Of a DNA stretch of 64,000 nt, positions 55,280 to 64,000 are shown one piece after another. Source of the stretch: a virus; IMG/VR virus record IMGVR_UViG_3300040801_002290, positions 96,001 through 160,000 of that record; one strand, written 5' to 3'. The notes beneath the pieces were generated by a model that was not told the origin of the DNA, made no database searches, and saw nothing but the letters and a program-made list of their open reading frames with translations. The translations under genes were made by a program, and so were the position numbers. Numbering within the stretch: the first letter of the stretch is position 1; every line of letters begins with the position of its first letter.

Positions 55280-58200
55280 TGTCGAACCATTCTTTTGCTA
55301 TATTTAGGGCGACCTCACTGGCTCCTAGATTTCCGCCACTAATACCGGCTGCTATAGCTGAACTTGTGGGGGCAAGAGAAAAGTCATAGGTTGCAGCATC
55401 AGAAAAATCCGGGTCTGAAATACCCAAAGTCCAGGTATTGTTTACTTCTGTAGCGTTTGCTCCGATATATCTAGGAGAAACGTCGTTGAAGGAAATACAG
55501 TCCTCGGCTCTGTTAAGATGGTTTGCTCCATCTCCACCCAAATCGTACCCGTTTAGCCCACTTCCGTAGGATGTGCAACGCTGGAAGAAGATGTTTGGGT
55601 TACTTTGAGTAGTGTTCAGAGCCTCGTTGTGAGCAAAGCCGTTTGAGCGAGAGTCGATAGAAATGCACCCAATAGCGTAGTTATTTCCAGCATCACTATC
55701 GCTACCCCCCATCTTAAACCCAGCACCATCTCCCATTGATTCACTACCTGGGTTGCCGTTCCAGTAATACCCAGCACCAATACTTACACAGTCAATCAAA
55801 CGAGTTCCACGACCACGGAATAGGTCATAATTGTCATCAGGACCGTTAGCCCCAAGACATCTTACAAAAACGTTATCTCTAGTTACGGAACCCACACTTG
55901 CCGTGACCGTGTAGGCATCCCCGGTATTGGTGCCAACAGAAACACCGTCTCCTAACCTGTATGCCCACGTATCCATAATCAGGTTTCCACCAGCGTTCTC
56001 TCCGCTGAAATTTCCAATCATGATGGCATCGCCTATACAATCGTGAATTCTAAAATCCTCTATAGTGTATTCAGTAGCTGGTCCACTTAGAAGAATAGCT
56101 GGTTCAGTGGGCTTTCCATTAATGACTTCGAAACCTTTCCAATGCTCTCTTCTTCCGTATAAATTAAGAATTCTACCCGCAGAACCAGTACCTAGATTAA
56201 CACAGTCTAGCACTGGTCTTTCATTTCCATAAGCGAAGATTTCTATACCGGTAGTCCAGTTTGTACTTCTGTTAAATCTTAGCGTAGGTGCAATGGTTCC
56301 AGAACGAACAAGGATTCTCTGTCCGTCTTGAACAGCAGAGAGCGCACTACTAAGGCTATTGAATGGGCTAGATTGGGAACCGTTTCCATTTATTGGAAGC
56401 TTAGGGTCAACCCACCAGTCTCCGGTATAAACAAGCCCTGTTTTTGGGTAATCCACTAAGCTGGTACTGAAGCTTCCAACTCCAAGTAGATTACTCCCAT
56501 CTTCGACTGGAAGCTGGTCGTTTTCTATTGCAAAAATCCATTTTTTAGCTAGGGCTAGCGAAACATTGCTTGCTCCTATGTTTCCTCCGTTGCTTGAGGA
56601 GCTTATCGCAGGACTTCCTGTGCTTAGTGACCAGTCAAACTCGCTAGTGTTAGCAAAGGAAGGGTTAGAAATCCCTAAATTCCAAGAGTTAAATGTATCA
56701 TCAACCCTAAGGGAATTCAAGCCAGGACCAGAAACATTGTTATAGTCAATATTGTCCGTAGCGATGTGCCTGTTTCCGTCTGTCGTAGCGTTGTTTAGGT
56801 TCCAGCCATACCCGTCCGAATCTACACAAGTATTTCGTAAAAAAGTAGAAGCTAATGGGGAACTATTTGGTTTTATAGCCTCACTCTTACACGCAATAGC
56901 TATACTTCCAACAAGGAAGTTATTACCAATTCCAGTTCGACTTCCACCCATTTTAAATCCGCTTCCATCCCCTGCGCTGAGCCCGTTTGAATAATACCCT
57001 CCTTTGTAAGCAACACAGTCTAGAATTAGGGTGTTAGTTCCTCCCCAAAGGTCGAATACATCATCTGCTCCGTGGGCTCCAAAGCACCTAACAAAAGACA
57101 CTCCAGAGGAAGTAGTTGAAGCGGCAACTTGATAGCAGTCTGGAGCATTGGTTCCCGTAGTAATTCCGTCCCCACAATTCCAGACAACACAATCTTGGAC
57201 AACGATTCCTACATCCACCCCACTTCTATATGCACGAATCATTCCCCTTCCCTCTGTCGTACTTAAATCTTTACCGCACTCGTGAACCCACATGTCTTCT
57301 ATCTTTATATTTTGACCTAAAATATCAAAAGCAATATTTGTCGCATTTTTTACCTCAAATCCCTTCCAATGCTCATTTCCAGAAGAAGAATCAAAGGCCA
57401 CTGCACGGCCATTATTTCCAACATTAACGTTGGTTGTGCAGTCAATGACTGGCCTCTCGTTACCATAATTAAACACCCTAACAGTTTCTATCCAATTAGA
57501 AGTTCTATAAAAAACAGTTGTGGGATACAGTGTCCCAGCACGAACTAAGATAGTCTCTCCAGAGCTTACAGAGCTTAACGCACTTTCTAAAGAGTTAAAT
57601 GGGTCTTCAAAGGAGCCAACTCCATTAGACATCGCGTTGGGGTCTACGTACCAATCTCCTATAGTCGTGCTTAAAGTTTTTGGAAAGTCCGTAAAGCTTG
57701 AACTCTGGCTTCCAACGCCCAAAAGCTCAGAAGAAGAAGATTCGACCCAAACACCATCCGCCATATCATCTGCGTAATTCTCAATAATCATTCTTCCTGT
57801 TCCACCAGAGTCTATTTCGTACCACTCCCTGGTTTCTTCATTCGCACTTCTCCAGGCATCACTTATAATTCCGTCCGACGCGGTTGGTAAAAATCCGGTA
57901 TCTAAAGCTGGGTATCCACCGGCAGAGGAAGCCGACGTGTACATGGAGGAGGGTCCCGTTGTGTTGGTTGCCTCTGAAACGGCGCGGCTATCAATAAAGT
58001 CTCTATATAAATTATTACCCGCTGTAGAAAGTACCGAAGAGTAGAATTGACTTGCGGTGAGCATAGGAAGAGTTGGAGTTCCTACACTGGAAGTAGAAAC
58101 CCACTCACTAACTATCGCCGGGTCTGACGGAACCGTTGTTGGGCTGGCGGCTAGAACTCTAGCCATTTCCTGTTGTTCCGAAAGGGTATTAATATTTGTA

Positions 58201-60608
58201 ACAAACCTACTAGCATTACCCTCTAAAAAGGTAGTAACCCTACGATTATAAATACCGCTTCTATTTCTAAATCTAATATCCTTGTCTGTGTCTGTCCACG
58301 GCCCCGCTTTATATGTATTCCTTTGAAAATCTATTGCGCTCAAAATATTGTTTGATTGAACAGTCAGAACAGAGCCAGACTTAGAATTATAGATAACATT
58401 ACCTACCCATTGAAGTTTTTCGGTGGCATAAACTTCTGGAACCCTCTCCCTAACACTGGAAATTAGATTTCTATACATTGTTGTTCTTCCGGTGTTATAT
58501 ACCAAAGCAGCATACCCGTGGGTTGTTTCTGGGTGTCCAGCGTACTCAAGCGGATAAGAAATCAAGCAATTTTGAACAGTTACCAAGTCACTGCCAGCTA
58601 TACCGACAATTTCATCTGTGGCATAACTAGCACTAACGTGGTCTACAATAATGTTAGTAGAATTAGTTATTCTCACACAGTCGTTACTAGTGTAGCCAGC
58701 GGAATTTTCCCCAGAGCGAACAGTTAGGTATCTAACAATGGCATTGCTTATTCCGCTAAGTCTCAAGTAGGCACTTATATCTTTTGGAAGAGAATCTGGT
58801 CTAATTCCAAAACCACCCGGAGCTAACTGCCCTAAAAAGGTAAAGTCTCCGGTCGCCTCTATTCTAGAAGCAAGAGGTACATATCCAGATACCCTCGGAA
58901 CAATAATTCTTTTTCCAACGGCGGTAAGAGCCTCCCTCAAACTTCCTGGGCCACTATCGTTTAGATTATCAACAAACATTATTTGAGTGCTACCAGGAGT
59001 ACCGTCTCCACGCCCACCAGTTGCATTAGCCCCATAACCAACAGCACCTCGAAAAGCTATGGTGCTGTTATAGAACGGGTCACTCGTGTAATCTCCCTCA
59101 GAAGCGGAAACAACAGAAACAGAGTGATTTAGGCTATTTCTTCCGGTAGCAGCGTCCCACATATTCACATTACTTAGACGAACCATATATCTTACGTCGT
59201 TAACCAGGGGAGTAGAAACAACTCCGCTAACCGTAGAGACAGAATTGTCTGGCATTTTAAGGTGAATGGAATATGGTTGTCCCTCTATTAGACCAGCAGG
59301 CGCAACAAACGTAAATGTAGAATCTATCGTCTGACCGCCTAGAGGCATTTTTAGTCTACAATCTGACTCAAGAGTTACTTCTACTGTGTTAGACCCTACA
59401 AACACTAAGTTAAGTGGTCTAGGATTATACATTTTACCGAAGCCTGAGTTTTTAAGTTTTAATGTTATTTCATAAGTTTGGCCAGGAATTATTGTATTTG
59501 GCAAAAGAGACTCTAGAAGAGAAATCCTGTAACCAAGTCTTCTAGTAATCTCGTCGTAGTAACCCTCGCTAATCCACCTGTTGTAGTGAGTCTCTGAATA
59601 CTCCCTGTTTAGAAGGTCTGGCCCTCCCATAAGCTCCATCTCAGCAATGGAGGCCAAGCTTTCATTGTACTCGTTCAGGCTAGTTCCGCATGTTTCAGCA
59701 GATGCAACAGTGTACGGCCCTACGGCAGAGAAGGTAGCTCTATCCAAAATAAATCTCTGCGGTTGGGGGGCGTCCCAGGTACTATAAGTTCCCGTGTTAG
59801 ACTCACCGGAAAGAAAACAATCATTCAACCAACCAACTCTGCTTCTATCGGAGCCATTAAATCTTATACTCTCATCAAATGCATAGTCTGTTGGGTATGG
59901 CTGACTGTTGTATGTAAAGCCGGTGTAAACTTCTCCCTCTGGGAAAGCCTCTCTAATATAAGGTGGGTATCTATTTCCAATCATCCTGGATACAGGAAGG
60001 GCATCTAGAAGAGCATTAAGAATGTTAGACCTTGCCTGACGAGATTCTGGGGTGTCGCTGCTCAGTCCGTTTGTGCTGCTGTGCTGCTCTCCCCACTTTC
60101 CGATAAATCCATGGTCAAGCATTGTTATAACATCTTCATACTCTTCAAAAATTGGAGTAAGTTGAGTGATGTGTTGAAGTATTATGGCTTCGCTAGCGTC
60201 CTCAGCGAATTCCGGTATAGGGTTTCCGTTATAAGCAAACCTAACCTTTATTTTTAGCCCGTTATTTCTAGCCGCCTGAAAATAGTCTCTAATCTGATTC
60301 AGTCTAGTAGTACTTATAGCACTATACCTAAACGCATCTAGCCTAAACGGAGAGCCCTCGTAGGTACTAGCCCAGACCACGGTATACCCCTGACTTCTGA
60401 GGTTAGCAAAGTCCCAAGTTCCGGTTCTAGGAACTATCCATCCCCTTTCGGGGTTGTTAAAATTGGTTGTGGTGTCCTCGGTGTAATAAACTATTTCTGT
60501 TCCGGGAGTAGGGGTTGTCAGGTGAGAAACAGTGACAGCCTTACCGTCCCTGTAACCATTCAGAGCTTTTAGGTCGCCAAAAGGCCCTTTCCACGCTCTA
60601 TAGGGCAT
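55269..60608 (-). CDS. Four-module polysaccharide-degrading virion protein (DUF4874/DUF4832 GH-like + PL1 + two PL9-like beta helices)
   Basis: VRFAY, GFIGKWGEQH, NDCFL, RLGYR; AFRGAVGYG..ATGGRG, NLNDSGPGSLR, IVDHVS; two copies of WxVDP...PFNSL..AL and GDGxGFKMGG. Confidence 0.85.
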   Translation of the reverse strand: MPYRAWKGPFGDLKALNGYRDGKAVTVSHLTTPTPGTEIVYYTEDTTTNFNNPERGWIVPRTGTWDFANLRSQGYTVVWASTYEGSPFRLDAFRYSAISTTRLNQIRDYFQAARNNGLKIKVRFAYNGNPIPEFAEDASEAIILQHITQLTPIFEEYEDVITMLDHGFIGKWGEQHSSTNGLSSDTPESRQARSNILNALLDALPVSRMIGNRYPPYIREAFPEGEVYTGFTYNSQPYPTDYAFDESIRFNGSDRSRVGWLNDCFLSGESNTGTYSTWDAPQPQRFILDRATFSAVGPYTVASAETCGTSLNEYNESLASIAEMELMGGPDLLNREYSETHYNRWISEGYYDEITRRLGYRISLLESLLPNTIIPGQTYEITLKLKNSGFGKMYNPRPLNLVFVGSNTVEVTLESDCRLKMPLGGQTIDSTFTFVAPAGLIEGQPYSIHLKMPDNSVSTVSGVVSTPLVNDVRYMVRLSNVNMWDAATGRNSLNHSVSVVSASEGDYTSDPFYNSTIAFRGAVGYGANATGGRGDGTPGSTQIMFVDNLNDSGPGSLREALTAVGKRIIVPRVSGYVPLASRIEATGDFTFLGQLAPGGFGIRPDSLPKDISAYLRLSGISNAIVRYLTVRSGENSAGYTSNDCVRITNSTNIIVDHVSASYATDEIVGIAGSDLVTVQNCLISYPLEYAGHPETTHGYAALVYNTGRTTMYRNLISSVRERVPEVYATEKLQWVGNVIYNSKSGSVLTVQSNNILSAIDFQRNTYKAGPWTDTDKDIRFRNRSGIYNRRVTTFLEGNASRFVTNINTLSEQQEMARVLAASPTTVPSDPAIVSEWVSTSSVGTPTLPMLTASQFYSSVLSTAGNNLYRDFIDSRAVSEATNTTGPSSMYTSASSAGGYPALDTGFLPTASDGIISDAWRSANEETREWYEIDSGGTGRMIIENYADDMADGVWVESSSSELLGVGSQSSSFTDFPKTLSTTIGDWYVDPNAMSNGVGSFEDPFNSLESALSSVSSGETILVRAGTLYPTTVFYRTSNWIETVRVFNYGNERPVIDCTTNVNVGNNGRAVAFDSSSGNEHWKGFEVKNATNIAFDILGQNIKIEDMWVHECGKDLSTTEGRGMIRAYRSGVDVGIVVQDCVVWNCGDGITTGTNAPDCYQVAASTTSSGVSFVRCFGAHGADDVFDLWGGTNTLILDCVAYKGGYYSNGLSAGDGSGFKMGGSRTGIGNNFLVGSIAIACKSEAIKPNSSPLASTFLRNTCVDSDGYGWNLNNATTDGNRHIATDNIDYNNVSGPGLNSLRVDDTFNSWNLGISNPSFANTSEFDWSLSTGSPAISSSSNGGNIGASNVSLALAKKWIFAIENDQLPVEDGSNLLGVGSFSTSLVDYPKTGLVYTGDWWVDPKLPINGNGSQSSPFNSLSSALSAVQDGQRILVRSGTIAPTLRFNRSTNWTTGIEIFAYGNERPVLDCVNLGTGSAGRILNLYGRREHWKGFEVINGKPTEPAILLSGPATEYTIEDFRIHDCIGDAIMIGNFSGENAGGNLIMDTWAYRLGDGVSVGTNTGDAYTVTASVGSVTRDNVFVRCLGANGPDDNYDLFRGRGTRLIDCVSIGAGYYWNGNPGSESMGDGAGFKMGGSDSDAGNNYAIGCISIDSRSNGFAHNEALNTTQSNPNIFFQRCTSYGSGLNGYDLGGDGANHLNRAEDCISFNDVSPRYIGANATEVNNTWTLGISDPDFSDAATYDFSLAPTSSAIAAGISGGNLGASEVALNIAKEWFDTMT

Positions 60609-60609
60609 G

Positions 60610-61389
60610 TTAGACCTCCTGGAACCAAACGTCTTCTGCGGTCAACCACGGAGGAGCAGAGGTGTGACCTACGGCACTAACATGAACAGCTATCGGTCTT
60701 GACGCAGGCCAACCAGATGAGTAAATGACGGTTTTTGTGTCGGGAGTAACCCAAACAGCGTCATAATTTGTGGCGCTACTCTTTTCAAGAATTTGGCCTA
60801 CTGTTCCACCGGTAGGAACACCCTCTCCAGCGGGGCCTTGTGGTCCATCTGCTCCAGTCGGCCCTACCGGGCCAACGGGACCAGTTGCTCCAACTGGGCC
60901 AGTATTCCCAGTGTCACCCTTCTCTCCCTTTAGGTTTCCTCTTAATGCCCAGGTAGAAACCCCGGTTTTTTCGTAAAAGTTACCGTTACTGCCGTTTAAG
61001 TAGAAGTCTCCTACCTCTCCCAAAGCAGAGGAGGGGAAAACTGTACCGGTGTACCAAGTTGAGCCCTCTGTAGGAATTGGAGCGGTAATTGAGCTAAATA
61101 ACTCGGCTAGAATTCCCTCCAAGTCCTCAGCAGTGAAGTTGTTTGCAACATCTTCAACAGATACATCAGACGCAGCGACAGAAGTTAAAAACCCATCCAC
61201 ATAAACAGGGTTTATCTTTCCATCTATGAGAAGGGTATCAATGTCTTCCGGGCCGAGAGAATTAACCTGAGATTCTAGTGCGTTGGAAAACAGTCTTATA
61301 AGAGTTAGAGACGTGTTTAGCTTCTGTCTTCCCTGGTCTAGGGAATCAGAGATGAGAACATCATTTAATTCTGCAATCGGCATTTTCAA
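60610..61389 (-). CDS. Collagen-like fibre protein
   Basis: Gly-X-Y run GEKGDTGNTGPVGATGPVGPVGPTGADGPQGPAGEG; G..GDFYL..SNG domain. Confidence 0.85.
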   Translation of the reverse strand: MKMPIAELNDVLISDSLDQGRQKLNTSLTLIRLFSNALESQVNSLGPEDIDTLLIDGKINPVYVDGFLTSVAASDVSVEDVANNFTAEDLEGILAELFSSITAPIPTEGSTWYTGTVFPSSALGEVGDFYLNGSNGNFYEKTGVSTWALRGNLKGEKGDTGNTGPVGATGPVGPVGPTGADGPQGPAGEGVPTGGTVGQILEKSSATNYDAVWVTPDTKTVIYSSGWPASRPIAVHVSAVGHTSAPPWLTAEDVWFQEV

Positions 61390-61715
61390 CCACCTTCCGT
61401 ATAAATATTTCCTTCAAAGTCAACAGGGTCTTCAAAACTAACAACTTCACTTCCCCAAGTTATATCCTCTGCCCAGTATACAAATATAAAAGTCCCTCTC
61501 TCGGTTTTTACATACATAATGTCAGTTCTCGTGCCGAGTCCCTGTTCAAGAGGCTCAAAAATCTCCTCTTCTGCGGTAGTCCCAGCGTCAAGCGCCTCCC
61601 AGGACTCAAAAACATCCTGTAGAAAAGGCTCCTCACTGAGTATGGTGAATTTCGGGTAAAAATCGTTTACAGAGTCTTTGTAAACAACTTGTCCCCTAAT
61701 TCTTTTTTTATCCAT
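61386..61715 (-). CDS. Acidic hypothetical protein
   Basis: Overlap-coupled; SD GGTGA. Confidence 0.7.
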   Translation of the reverse strand: MDKKRIRGQVVYKDSVNDFYPKFTILSEEPFLQDVFESWEALDAGTTAEEEIFEPLEQGLGTRTDIMYVKTERGTFIFVYWAEDITWGSEVVSFEDPVDFEGNIYTEGG

Positions 61716-62037
61716 AAATCACCATTTTCATAGTTTGTATACCGGCTCTTTTCAGTTTGAGAAGAAGTTGTCTAGTACTGACGCTCTCGTCTTGATAAAT
61801 AAAAAGCCTATTTTTCCAACCCTTAGTTACACTAAGTCTCTGGTGTAGGTCGTTACCACCTACTGTTCCAGTAAAAATTATTATATCATACGAGCCGACC
61901 TGTTGACTTGGAACGGTAGTTATATCTGTTACCCAGTTAACTTCGTAACTATCCAGAGAGGGAAAGTTAAGGTCGAGCCATCTCTCTATATTTGAAAGAA
62001 ACTCTTCCCTGTCTTCAAGTACTAGAATCTTTTTCAT
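61708..62037 (-). CDS. Receiver (CheY)-like domain, degenerate
   Basis: KILVLEDREE...YDIIIFTG; Thr in place of the phospho-accepting Asp. Confidence 0.45.
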   Translation of the reverse strand: MKKILVLEDREEFLSNIERWLDLNFPSLDSYEVNWVTDITTVPSQQVGSYDIIIFTGTVGGNDLHQRLSVTKGWKNRLFIYQDESVSTRQLLLKLKRAGIQTMKMVIYG

Positions 62038-62222
62038 TACTCTACCTCTCTCGGAAATTCTAAATAAGTCACTGTGATGTCCGGGTTTTTTAGCCGGGAA
62101 GAAACATCAACTCCAAAAATAATATCTGGAACAGTCGTAGACAAAACAACCACAAATGGGTAGTTTCTCTTTTCCCACTCGTATAGTGCTATGTTGCTTT
62201 GGAATGTGGCTGTTTTTATCAT
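62037..62222 (-). CDS. Hypothetical protein (61 aa)
   Basis: TAATG overlap with the next gene. Confidence 0.6.
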   Translation of the reverse strand: MIKTATFQSNIALYEWEKRNYPFVVVLSTTVPDIIFGVDVSSRLKNPDITVTYLEFPREVE

Positions 62223-62224
62223 GT

Positions 62225-62791
62225 TTAATAAGGAAAAAGTGTAAGGAAAAACTCAACGTCTAGTACCTGAAACCCAGCCAAATCAGACTCAAGGAACCAC
62301 ACATCTATGTAGGTAGAGGTTACGGTTACATGTGAGGGAGAAACCTGAGCAGCAGTCAGGAGGGGCTGAACTCCACCGCCAGATATAATGCTGTTGATGC
62401 GTTGAACCTGTACAGCGAAGTTTGTGTTACCTTGGCTGTGAGTAATACGGAACTGTGAATCTCCGGGAAATGCAGCTACTCCCAGATTTGCGTGCCCAGA
62501 TACCTTAGTGGGGGTCGTCGCAGCGTACGCCACTCGTATAGATTGAGGCAATTTGTCTAATTGTGGTTGAATTGCACTCGTCACACCACTCAACCACACT
62601 AGTTCCGTTGAGGTGGTCGTGGAAAAATTAATATTACCCAAACTGTCTGAAATCAAGGCCCGACTCGCAACAAGGACAGGCGCTGTGCTTAGGGTACCCC
62701 CAACAACTCCATTTGCGCTCTTTACAATAGCGTCCCCCTCTGCGACATCATCCCAACCAGGGGGAAGAAATTTCTTTAATGTGCTAGCCAT
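62225..62791 (-). CDS. Virion fibre-associated protein
   Basis: SRALISDSLGNI..STTTSTELVWLSGVTSAIQPQL is a common fibre motif. Confidence 0.7.
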   Translation of the reverse strand: MASTLKKFLPPGWDDVAEGDAIVKSANGVVGGTLSTAPVLVASRALISDSLGNINFSTTTSTELVWLSGVTSAIQPQLDKLPQSIRVAYAATTPTKVSGHANLGVAAFPGDSQFRITHSQGNTNFAVQVQRINSIISGGGVQPLLTAAQVSPSHVTVTSTYIDVWFLESDLAGFQVLDVEFFLTLFPY

Positions 62792-62933
62792 AAATCACCT
62801 CTGCCGTGTTTACTAAAACCGCTTCATTCCATATAGCCCTTAAAGAGAGGGCAACAAAAAACCAGGTATGAGTATGCCCTATAATCACCCAGTAAAGAAT
62901 AAACAGGACTGCCAGAGCCCCATAAATCCACAT
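62784..62933 (-). CDS. 49-aa hydrophobic peptide (below ORF-track cutoff)
   Basis: Hand translation MWIYGALAVLFILYWVIIGHTHTWFFVALSLRAIWNEAVLVNTAEVIYG; TAATG overlap upstream and 8-nt overlap downstream. Confidence 0.5.
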   Translation of the reverse strand: MWIYGALAVLFILYWVIIGHTHTWFFVALSLRAIWNEAVLVNTAEVIYG

Positions 62934-64000
62934 TAAAAATCTAGCTCCGAAATATCAACTCGCGCAGTCCAAGTTATATTTTTAGCCGCTTCTCCGGTAA
63001 CCTGAATTCTGGCATTAGCAAAGTTGGCAAGCGGGTCAACAGGAGCCGGGGTAATGGTTTCTACGTCAATAGACACATCCCACGCAGGAACGTCTTTGTG
63101 AATCTCGTTAATAATCGGAGTTCCCAAGAGCCTACCAACACCCTCTCTTACATCAGTTGCGAAGGTAATCTCCCAATAGGCAGACTCGTCTGCAACTTCA
63201 TCGAAGTTGGTGGCTACTAGATAAACCTTAAATCCCGTCACGGTTCTGTCAAGTAGCGGAACGTGGTCGGAGGTATCCAGCCTCAAGTACGTGGGAGTAG
63301 CGTCAGTGGTTCTGACAAGCATCTGCATACTGCTGGCCTTTCCTCCAGTTCTTATAGCGTTAGGGGTGCCAGTCCTGTTTAAATCGGCATTAACAGAGTT
63401 ATAACCTGAAATTACAAACTCTACGTCCCTACGAGCATAAGAGGCCCTTGAAGCCGGGGAAATTCCCACGTACTCAACTCCCGCCCTGTCTATAACGTTG
63501 CTCTCTCCTCCAAGGATTGAGCGGAACCAGGCGTTTCCTGAAATTTCATTAAAAGAGCCGCCTAAAATAAAACCATGGTCAGAGGAGGTTGTTATTGAGT
63601 TACTGCTTCCGCCAAAAATAGCGTTGTTATTTCCCACATTCTCAATATTGTTTGAAACTCCGCTAACTATCATTCCATAACCATTGGCACTTGTTACTGT
63701 GGAGCCCTCAGAGGAAATTATTGCCCCTAAATAAGAGTCTGTAACAACCCCGGTGGCTGACCCTATAACAGTAGAATAGCTAGAGGTGACTACCTCTGAG
63801 CTATCTCCCCCAAAAAGACTGTTGGCAAATCCAACATTTCCCACAAGTCCGGTGATTCTGCCAAACCCGCCGTCTGAGGTTACCGTTACGCTTGAGTCCG
63901 AGTAATTTATGTATGCATTAGCACCTACAGCTACAGAGTCAGACGAGTTTCTTACCTCGGCCAACGTTCCCAATACTACACCATTAGCGGAGTCCCTAAG
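62933..64000 (-). CDS. Fibre/adhesin with Gly-Ser-Asn beta-roll repeats, C-terminal part (runs off right edge)
   Basis: Frame open to base 64000; repeats IxGGSSN, ILGGSFN, ILGGESN. Confidence 0.75.
   Translation of the reverse strand, partial: LRDSANGVVLGTLAEVRNSSDSVAVGANAYINYSDSSVTVTSDGGFGRITGLVGNVGFANSLFGGDSSEVVTSSYSTVIGSATGVVTDSYLGAIISSEGSTVTSANGYGMIVSGVSNNIENVGNNNAIFGGSSNSITTSSDHGFILGGSFNEISGNAWFRSILGGESNVIDRAGVEYVGISPASRASYARRDVEFVISGYNSVNADLNRTGTPNAIRTGGKASSMQMLVRTTDATPTYLRLDTSDHVPLLDRTVTGFKVYLVATNFDEVADESAYWEITFATDVREGVGRLLGTPIINEIHKDVPAWDVSIDVETITPAPVDPLANFANARIQVTGEAAKNITWTARVDISELDF

Noticed and set aside
1-64000. Stop-codon reassignment
   Set aside because: Genes are long and tightly packed in code 11, and TAA, TAG and TGA all occur as stops at gene junctions.
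1-64000. tRNA genes, terminase, integrase, endolysin
   Set aside because: Intergenic gaps are short with no cloverleaf seen, and no ORF has the motifs; they may lie outside the window.

Overview
A 64-kb segment of a large, probably lytic, contractile-tailed dsDNA phage in the standard genetic code; the host cannot be determined. Its capsid, sheath, tube and portal resemble the A511/K/SPO1 (Herelleviridae-like) lineage only distantly. Almost all genes are on the minus strand. In transcription order they are: a fibre/depolymerase block (64000-55269); DNA polymerase A; portal and portal-linked proteins; a CCA-adding/HD enzyme; about 16 kb of fibre, lectin and CBM adhesin genes; a block of probable internal head proteins (SNF2-like ATPase, zincin-like and kinase-like proteins with degenerate active sites, acidic K/S-rich proteins); protease-scaffold; major capsid; neck; sheath; two tube paralogs; a -1 frameshifted tail chaperone; and the start of the tape measure. 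A short plus-strand island (53329-55279: small genes, two membrane proteins, DenV-like glycosylase) diverges from a control region with two promoters, a DnaA box and tandem palindromes. Best candidate for a new system: a set of head-packaged cargo proteins marked by repeated hydrophobic-K|S/A sites that match the capsid maturation site, some with short MNxI(D/E)SL(K/R)-type leaders, plus a portal-linked protein carrying a copy of the mature capsid N-terminal arm. GATC appears absent from the window. No terminase, tRNA, CRISPR array, integrase or endolysin was seen. All family assignments come from motif recognition by eye, not database searches.
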